Below the pieces are notes generated by a model. It had not been told where the DNA came from and searched no databases. It saw only the letters and a program-made list of their open reading frames with translations. Both the position numbers and the translations under genes were made by a program. From the NCBI GenBank assembly GCA_035536315.1, contig DATLOJ010000157.1, forward strand, positions 617 to 64,616: a stretch of 64,000 nucleotides of DNA. Direction: 5' to 3'. Positions 58,018 to 64,000 of this stretch are shown here, one piece after another. The DNA is from Actinomycetota bacterium (GTDB lineage: Bacteria; Actinomycetota; CADDZG01; JAHWKV01). Every line of letters begins with the position of its first letter. Positions within the stretch are counted from its first letter, which is position 1.

Positions 58018-59226
58018 TTGAACCTTTCCGGCGTCGCCGGTAAACAAATTGCCCTCGGAGTCTGCGGGGGGATAGCCGCTTACAAGGTTGTCGAAGTCGC
58101 GCGGGGACTAACTCAGGCCGGCGCCGACGTCCGTGTGGTGATGACTCCTTCTGCTTTGAACTTCGTCGGAGCCATCACCTTTTCAACCCTTACTTCAAAC
58201 CCGGTCAGGACCGAGCTGTTCCCGGCCACGGCGCCCACCGAGATTCCTCACACTGACCTTGGTCGGACCTCCGATATCGTCGTGATCGCGCCGGCGACCG
58301 CAAAGGTCATTGCAAAGTACGCCCAGGGAATATCAGACGATTTGATGACGGCGCTTCTTCTTTCGGCCCGGTGTCCGATCGTCATGGCCCCCGCGATGCA
58401 TACGGAGATGTGGGAAGACGAAGCCACCGTGCGCAACATCGAGATCCTCACGGGCAGGGGTGTCCGCTTCGTTGGGCCCAACACCGGAGCGCTGGCAGGG
58501 CCGGACGTCGGCCCGGGGAGGCTGGCCGACCCTTCTGAAATCCTGGAAGTGGTCGCGGACGAGCTGTCGCGGACCGAGGACTTTTCAGGAGTTCGGGTTC
58601 TGGTGACGGCCGGTGGGACGAGGGAGCCAATCGACGCAGTGCGGTTCATCGGTAACCGCTCCTCGGGAAAGATGGGCTACGCCCTTGCTTACGAAGGGTT
58701 GCGGCGAGGAGCGAAGGTGACTCTCGTTACCGCGCCCACTTCTTTGGTGCCCCCTGCCGCGGCCGAGGTTGTCTCGGTCACGACCGCATCCGAGATGAAG
58801 AACGCGGTGGAGGCATATGCGGCGGACTCGGACGTGATCATCATGAACGCAGCGGTATCGGACTTTAGGCCGGAGGCTTCCTCGGCCGAGAAGTTGAAGA
58901 AATCGGAAGGGACGCCTGAAATCAAACTGGAACCCACGGACGACATTCTCGAGGCGGTCGGCAAAGCCAAACGCGCCGGCCAGATTGTTGTGGGTTTTGC
59001 AGCCGAGACCTCCAACCTCGAGGAGTACGCGAGGGCCAAGCTGAGTTCGAAGAACGCGGACTTGATTGTTGCGAACTACGTGGGACGCGAGGGAACTGGT
59101 TTCGAGAGTGAAGAAAACGAGGCCCTTGTCGTCGGCGCCGGAGGAGATCCCGTGACGCTGCCGCGCATGAGTAAGCGGATGATGGCCCGCAAGGTCATGG
59201 ATTTGGTCAGGCCCCTGCTGAAATAA
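58018..59226 (+). CDS. coaBC: bifunctional phosphopantothenoylcysteine decarboxylase / phosphopantothenate-cysteine ligase
   Basis: N-terminal flavoprotein domain plus C-terminal DFP/CoaB domain; 402 aa. Confidence 0.93.
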   Translation: MNLSGVAGKQIALGVCGGIAAYKVVEVARGLTQAGADVRVVMTPSALNFVGAITFSTLTSNPVRTELFPATAPTEIPHTDLGRTSDIVVIAPATAKVIAKYAQGISDDLMTALLLSARCPIVMAPAMHTEMWEDEATVRNIEILTGRGVRFVGPNTGALAGPDVGPGRLADPSEILEVVADELSRTEDFSGVRVLVTAGGTREPIDAVRFIGNRSSGKMGYALAYEGLRRGAKVTLVTAPTSLVPPAAAEVVSVTTASEMKNAVEAYAADSDVIIMNAAVSDFRPEASSAEKLKKSEGTPEIKLEPTDDILEAVGKAKRAGQIVVGFAAETSNLEEYARAKLSSKNADLIVANYVGREGTGFESEENEALVVGAGGDPVTLPRMSKRMMARKVMDLVRPLLK

Positions 59227-59229
59227 GCC

Positions 59230-59259
59230 TGACCCGGCCCCCTGCGCGGCGCCTATAAT
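59230..59259 (+). promoter_or_regulatory. sigma-A-type promoter candidate upstream of metK
   Basis: CTGACC, then an approximately 18-nt spacer, then a perfect TATAAT at 59254–59259. The GCCTATAATC core is shared with the mihF promoter. Confidence 0.45.
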
Positions 59260-59298
59260 CGTCCTTTCCACTCTTGAATTTCCCAAAAGGAGCACTCC

Positions 59299-60507
59299 AT
59301 GGCCAGGCGCTATCTCTTCACATCTGAATCGGTCACCGAAGGTCATCCCGACAAGCTGGCCGATCGGATCAGCGACGCAATCCTCGACGAGATCCTCGAC
59401 GACGACCCGGAAGGAAGGGTCGCTTGTGAAACCCTCGTCACAACCGGCCTTGCCATCGTCGCCGGTGAAATAACCACAACGACTTACATCGAAATCCCCA
59501 AGATCGTTCGCCGTACCGTCAATGAGGTTGGATACACGAACGGCAGGTTTGGATTCGATGGGGACACCTGTGGTGTGCAGGTATCCATTCAGCCTCAGTC
59601 CCCTGACATCGCCCAGGGCGTGGTACATGCATTCGAGGAGCGAACGGGAGAGGTTTCGGACGACCTTGACCGCGTGGGAGCCGGCGACCAGGGAATGATG
59701 TTCGGATTCGCAACCAAAGAGGGCGACCTCGATACCGAGCTCATGCCAACGCCGATATGGCTGGCGCATCTGCTGGCCCACCGGCTGGCAGAGGAGCGAA
59801 AGAGCGGCCGAATGCCTTACCTGGGTCCCGACGGCAAAACTCAGGTTTCGATCATTTATGAAGGACTCAAGCCCGTTGGCATCGACACCATCCTTATCTC
59901 CTCGCAGCACCAGCCCGAGGTTGATATCGACACGCTCCTGAAGCCCGACCTTCTCGAGTACGTGGTCAAGCCGATGGTTCCGGAGGCACTCTGGTCTGAC
60001 GACATCCGCTTCCTCGTCAACCCGACCGGCCGGTTCGAAATCGGTGGCCCGCAGGCCGACACGGGGCTCACGGGCCGCAAGATTATCGTCGACTCATACG
60101 GCGGCATGTGCAGCCAGGGAGGGGGCTGCTTCTCCGGTAAGGACCCCACCAAGGTCGACAGGTCGGCCGCATACTTTGCTCGCTACGTTGCGAAGAACCT
60201 CGTTGCATCGGGGGTCGTCGACAGATGTGAAGTGCGAATCGCTTACGCGATCGGTGTGTCTCATCCCGTCTCCATCAACATCGACGACAAGGGAACGGCC
60301 AAGGTCGACCCCAACAAGCTGGAGTCGTTTGTCTCCGAGTACTTCGATTTCAGACCTGCGGCGATTATCAAGAACCTCGACCTCAAGCGCCCCATCTACA
60401 AAGCGACCAGCGCATACGGTCACTTCGGCAGGCCGGACAAGGAAAACTTCACCTGGGAGCGGACCGACAAAGCGGAGGACATCGAAAAGCTCGCGGCATC
60501 GCTGTAG
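59299..60507 (+). CDS. metK: S-adenosylmethionine synthetase
   Basis: GHPDK, GAGDQG and GGGAFSGKD motifs; AAAGGAG ribosome-binding site upstream. Confidence 0.97.
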   Translation: MARRYLFTSESVTEGHPDKLADRISDAILDEILDDDPEGRVACETLVTTGLAIVAGEITTTTYIEIPKIVRRTVNEVGYTNGRFGFDGDTCGVQVSIQPQSPDIAQGVVHAFEERTGEVSDDLDRVGAGDQGMMFGFATKEGDLDTELMPTPIWLAHLLAHRLAEERKSGRMPYLGPDGKTQVSIIYEGLKPVGIDTILISSQHQPEVDIDTLLKPDLLEYVVKPMVPEALWSDDIRFLVNPTGRFEIGGPQADTGLTGRKIIVDSYGGMCSQGGGCFSGKDPTKVDRSAAYFARYVAKNLVASGVVDRCEVRIAYAIGVSHPVSINIDDKGTAKVDPNKLESFVSEYFDFRPAAIIKNLDLKRPIYKATSAYGHFGRPDKENFTWERTDKAEDIEKLAASL

Positions 60508-60535
60508 GCCATAAGGCCACAACTGAAGCACCGGG

Positions 60536-62182
60536 GTGACGCTCCAGGCTGAGGTAATCGTCGACGTCCCAATTTGGAGTCTGGACCGCCCTTTGTCCTA
60601 TGAGGTCCCCGACAAGCTTGCAGGCGCCCTGACGCTGGGCTCGATCGTCCGCGTTCCCCTCAAGAACAGAAGAGTCAGGGGCTGGGTGGTCGGCGTGGGG
60701 GACAGGGACGAGTCGAAGGCTCTCCCGATTTTTGCGGCCAGCGGGAGGGGGCCCGTCTTCGACAGCGCTCTTCTGGATGCGATGAAGGGGCTTGCGCGTA
60801 GATATGTGCGGCCTTTGGCGGAGTTCTTATCGCTTCTGACACCTGCAAGGTTGGGCCGGCCTGTAAAGCTCAAGCCGCCGGCAAATTACCCGAAGAAAGA
60901 GGGGTCCGGGTTTCTGGTCAGGCCCGGTAGCGAGGATCCTCTCGATCGGTACGTCGAGCTGGTCCAGAGCGCTCTGGCGGATGGAAGGTCCGCAATCGTC
61001 GCGGTGCCAGAGGTCAGGGACGGTTCCCGAGTTGTCAGCGCGCTCGCTGCTCACTTTGGCGATGAGGCAGCGGTCGTGCACAGCGGTATCGACCCGGCGC
61101 AAAGATCTGCCGAGCTTTGGAAGATTGCTGCCGGCGAGCGCAGAGTGGTCCTCGGGGGCAGGGCCTCGCTTTTTGTGCCGCCGCTTCCTTCACCAACAAT
61201 CATCCTTCACCTCGAAGAAGACCCCTCCTTCAAGGAACAGCGAGCGCCTTACTACGACGCAAGAGTCGTGGCTGAAATGCGATCGCGTTTTTGTGGCGGC
61301 CCCTTTTATCTAGTGTCGCCTACTCCTTCTCTGCGTTCGATGGCGCAGGTCGAAACCTCTCTGCAACTGATGGAGCCTCCCCGTGAACGCGTGCGAGAGT
61401 CGTGGCCCATAGTCGAGACGGTTGCGCCGTCCAAAACGGGAATGCCACGCAGGTCAATCGCGGCATTGATCGAAGGGAATAGAAAGGGAGGAAAGAGTCT
61501 CATCGTTCTGCCTCGAAGTGAGTCGACCAGGGCAGGACCCGGAGTCGAGCAAACCATGCGGTTCGTAAGCAGGGTCATCCCGAACGCGCATATCGCCAGG
61601 GCCGACCGCGCAGGCCTCGAGTCTTCCTCAGGCGGCCTCACCGAAGCATTGAAGGCCGACATTGTCATCGGAACCGAAGCGATGCTGGCCGACATCGAAC
61701 ACCCTTCCTTTGCGGTTGCAGTGGCCCTCGACATCGACCTGTACCTCACTCGCCCCCAGGGCAGGGCCGTCGAGGAAGCTTTTGCGTCGTTGTGGCGGCT
61801 CGGGTCGATGGCCACGGGGACGGACGGCAGGGGCAGATTCCTGCTCGAGACGGCTACTCCGGAGCATCACGTGCCGCAGGCCTTGGTCCGGGGGGATTAC
61901 AAGTTCTTTGCACGCCATGAGCTGGAAGCTCGCAGGGCCGTCGGGGCGCCGCCCCACACCCACCTCATCCGAGTAATGACGGCAGCTGTAGCCAGCCAGC
62001 CCGTCTCCGAGGAGCTGCGGTCCTTACCCGATGTTGACGTAATTGGACCGGCCGACTCCGAACGAGGGGCAGAGATTCTCCTAAAGACACGCGACCTGAA
62101 ATCACTATTGGACGGGTTGGGTACCATCGTAAGAAGCAGCAGCCACCGAATTTCAGTTGAAGTCGATCCCAGGGATTGGTGA
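60536..62182 (+). CDS. priA: primosomal protein N' (PriA) homologue with degenerate helicase/Zn-finger motifs
   Basis: N-terminal 3'-DNA-binding domain pattern (VIVDVP...LSYEVP...GSIVRVPL..R...GWVVGV) and the position after metK and before def–fmt match PriA. It has no GxGKT Walker A and no CxxC pairs. Confidence 0.7.
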   Translation: MTLQAEVIVDVPIWSLDRPLSYEVPDKLAGALTLGSIVRVPLKNRRVRGWVVGVGDRDESKALPIFAASGRGPVFDSALLDAMKGLARRYVRPLAEFLSLLTPARLGRPVKLKPPANYPKKEGSGFLVRPGSEDPLDRYVELVQSALADGRSAIVAVPEVRDGSRVVSALAAHFGDEAAVVHSGIDPAQRSAELWKIAAGERRVVLGGRASLFVPPLPSPTIILHLEEDPSFKEQRAPYYDARVVAEMRSRFCGGPFYLVSPTPSLRSMAQVETSLQLMEPPRERVRESWPIVETVAPSKTGMPRRSIAALIEGNRKGGKSLIVLPRSESTRAGPGVEQTMRFVSRVIPNAHIARADRAGLESSSGGLTEALKADIVIGTEAMLADIEHPSFAVAVALDIDLYLTRPQGRAVEEAFASLWRLGSMATGTDGRGRFLLETATPEHHVPQALVRGDYKFFARHELEARRAVGAPPHTHLIRVMTAAVASQPVSEELRSLPDVDVIGPADSERGAEILLKTRDLKSLLDGLGTIVRSSSHRISVEVDPRDW

Positions 62183-62185
62183 GAG

Positions 62186-62704
62186 ATGGCCGTGTTTCCA
62201 ATACGACAGTTCGGCGACCCGGTTCTAAGAACGCCCGCCGCCGAGGTGAATCATGTCGACGACAGCATCAGAAAGCTGATATCCGACATGCGTGATTCGA
62301 TGCGAGCCACTGGAATTGGCGTCGGACTCGCGGCACCGCAGATCGGTGTATCGCGCAGAGTGATCGTCTGGGACTACCAGGAGTCGAAAGGAGCCCTGAT
62401 CAACCCGCGCATCACGGCACGTCGCGGAGAGGTCGAGGATCTCGAATCATGTCTGTCGCTCCCCGGCCTTGCTTTTCCAGTTGTCCGGGCCGAATGGGTC
62501 ACGGCGGAGGGGCTGGACGAGGAAGGACGGCCTATCGAGGTCGAGGAGGAGGACATGGTTGCAAGGATCCTCCAGCATGAGACAGACCACATCGACGGTG
62601 TTCTCTTTATCGATCGCCTGACGACAGAGCATCAGAAGGAAGCCAAGAGTTTGTTGATCGAGCAGTCCATGGGAGGCGCCGCCCGTCCTGCGCCCGCTAT
62701 GTAG
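62186..62704 (+). CDS. def: peptide deformylase
   Basis: GVGLAAPQIG, EGCLS-like (ESCLSLPG) and QHETDHIDG motifs. Confidence 0.93.
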   Translation: MAVFPIRQFGDPVLRTPAAEVNHVDDSIRKLISDMRDSMRATGIGVGLAAPQIGVSRRVIVWDYQESKGALINPRITARRGEVEDLESCLSLPGLAFPVVRAEWVTAEGLDEEGRPIEVEEEDMVARILQHETDHIDGVLFIDRLTTEHQKEAKSLLIEQSMGGAARPAPAM

Positions 62705-62710
62705 GCTAGT

Positions 62711-63643
62711 TTGAGAATCGTTTTCTTCGGAACTCCAGATGTAGCGGTCCGTTCGCTAGACGAGCTCATGCAATCCGCACATGAGGTGATCGCCGTTGTG
62801 ACGGCCCCCGATCGCCCGAAAGGCAGGGGCTTGGAGGTCGCTAGAACCCCGGTCAAGAGATACGCCACCGAAGCAGGCATCGCCGTGCTGCAGCCAGCTT
62901 CGCTGAAAGACGACGCCACGGCGGAATCTCTCTCCGCCCTGAATGCCGACGCATTCGTCGTTGTGGCCTACGGACGGATCCTTCCTCCTGCGATCTTGCA
63001 AATCCCTCACCGCGGCTGCCTGAACGTTCACTACTCTCTTCTTCCCCGACTTCGGGGAGCGGCTCCCGTCCAATACGCCCTGATCGAGGGAATGACATTG
63101 ACCGGAGTGACCGTCATGCAAATGGACGAGGGGCTCGACACTGGTCCCATCTATGCGCAAATGGAAGAGCCCATCCTCGAGGAGGACGATGCCGGAACGC
63201 TGGGGGCGCGCCTTGCAGACAAGGGGGCGGTCCTCCTCGTTCAGGTTCTGGACCGCATTGAGAGCGATAGCGTCGATCCACATCCTCAGGTCCAGGCCGG
63301 GGTATCACTGGCACCCAAGATCAAATCTGAAGACGCACGTATTCGCTGGAGTGACGATGCCGTAATGATTCGAAACAGGGTTAGAGCGTTCAACCCGGCC
63401 CCCGGTGCGTGGACAATGACGTCGTCGGGCACAAGACTCAAGGTGTGGCAGGTTGAAGTTTCCAACGATGTTTCTACGGAGACCCCCGGCACCATCGATG
63501 TCATCACACCTGAAGTACTCGTCGTCGATACAGGTGGTGACCGAATACTCCTGGAAGAGCTTCAGCCGGAAGGGGGCCGGAGAATGAGCCCATCCGAATA
63601 CATTCGAGGCTACCGGCCCACGACGGGGGAGGTGCTCCAATGA
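62711..63643 (+). CDS. fmt: methionyl-tRNA formyltransferase
   Basis: Formyltransferase N domain (IVFFGTP, the HxSLLP motif as NVHYSLLPRLRG) and C-terminal domain. TTG start. Confidence 0.93.
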   Translation: MRIVFFGTPDVAVRSLDELMQSAHEVIAVVTAPDRPKGRGLEVARTPVKRYATEAGIAVLQPASLKDDATAESLSALNADAFVVVAYGRILPPAILQIPHRGCLNVHYSLLPRLRGAAPVQYALIEGMTLTGVTVMQMDEGLDTGPIYAQMEEPILEEDDAGTLGARLADKGAVLLVQVLDRIESDSVDPHPQVQAGVSLAPKIKSEDARIRWSDDAVMIRNRVRAFNPAPGAWTMTSSGTRLKVWQVEVSNDVSTETPGTIDVITPEVLVVDTGGDRILLEELQPEGGRRMSPSEYIRGYRPTTGEVLQ

Positions 63644-64000
63644 GGAGTCTTGAGCTCGCCCCCTCGATACTCGCGGCAGACTTCTCCCGGCTCGGCGAAC
63701 ATCTCAAGGAAGTCGAAGACCTGTGCGGCCGCATCCACGTGGACGTCATGGACGGCCACTTCGTCCCCAACCTGTCGATGGGTCCTCAAGTCGTGGAGAG
63801 CCTTCGCCCGGTGACTGGCCTTCCGATCGAGGTTCACCTCATGGTGGAGAAGCCGGAGAACTTCGCCGAGCCATTCATAAAGGCGGGTGCAAACAGAATC
63901 GTCTTTCACCAAGAAGTAGTAGAAAGGCCGGCAAATCTCGCAGAGCGCATTCAGTCACTCGGTGCATCTGCGGGTGTGGCTATAAATCCCAAAACGGAGT
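63640..64000 (+). CDS. rpe: ribulose-phosphate 3-epimerase, 5' portion (3' end outside window)
   Basis: LAPSILAADF...HVDVMDGHFVPN signature; ATGA overlap with fmt. Confidence 0.9.
   Translation, partial: MRSLELAPSILAADFSRLGEHLKEVEDLCGRIHVDVMDGHFVPNLSMGPQVVESLRPVTGLPIEVHLMVEKPENFAEPFIKAGANRIVFHQEVVERPANLAERIQSLGASAGVAINPKTE

Noticed and set aside
1-64000. tRNA, rRNA, CRISPR arrays, IS or transposase genes
   Set aside because: No T-loop GGTTCGAATCC-like cores, no direct-repeat arrays, and no transposase or integrase-like ORFs were seen. The window is essentially continuous protein-coding.

Overview
This is a high-GC (~62%), gene-dense chromosomal window that is almost entirely housekeeping genes on the + strand. 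Gene order closely follows actinobacterial (Mycobacterium-like) synteny. In order: thrS–HIT–pgsA–acyltransferase–pimA (phosphatidylinositol/PIM lipid synthesis), lemA–htpX–DUF3048, pdxST, yebC–ruvCAB–yajC–secDF, rel–dtd–hisS–aspS–rarA–alaS–ruvX–mltG–aroE, then aroC–aroK–aroB–aroQ–pepQ–efp–nusB, then pyrR–pyrB–pyrC–carAB–pyrKDFE, then mihF–gmk–rpoZ–coaBC–metK–priA–def–fmt–rpe. I infer a deep-branching actinobacterium with PIM-type lipids. No tRNA, rRNA, CRISPR or mobile elements were detected. The non-housekeeping content sits in one accessory island inserted in the shikimate cluster between aroE and aroC (about 31.3–40.7 kb). It holds a Roadblock/LC7 protein, a PATAN/DUF4388 protein, an MglA/CvnD-like small Ras-like GTPase and an 83-aa orphan ORF. 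Immediately downstream are type IV pilus genes pilB, pilT, pilD, a small HTH regulator, pilM, pilN, pilO and a PilP-like membrane protein; no pilin or pilC is in the window. I regard this GTPase switch module fused to a T4P motor cluster as the most likely undescribed system. Other observations worth a second look: a PyrR binding loop, leader ORF and intrinsic terminator upstream of pyrR; a 38-aa hyperbasic ORF between carA and carB; gmk with no canonical start codon; a PriA homologue lacking Walker A and the Zn finger; a REC–HD-GYP regulator divergent from rel; and an EF-G paralogue inserted antisense into the thrS–pgsA cluster.
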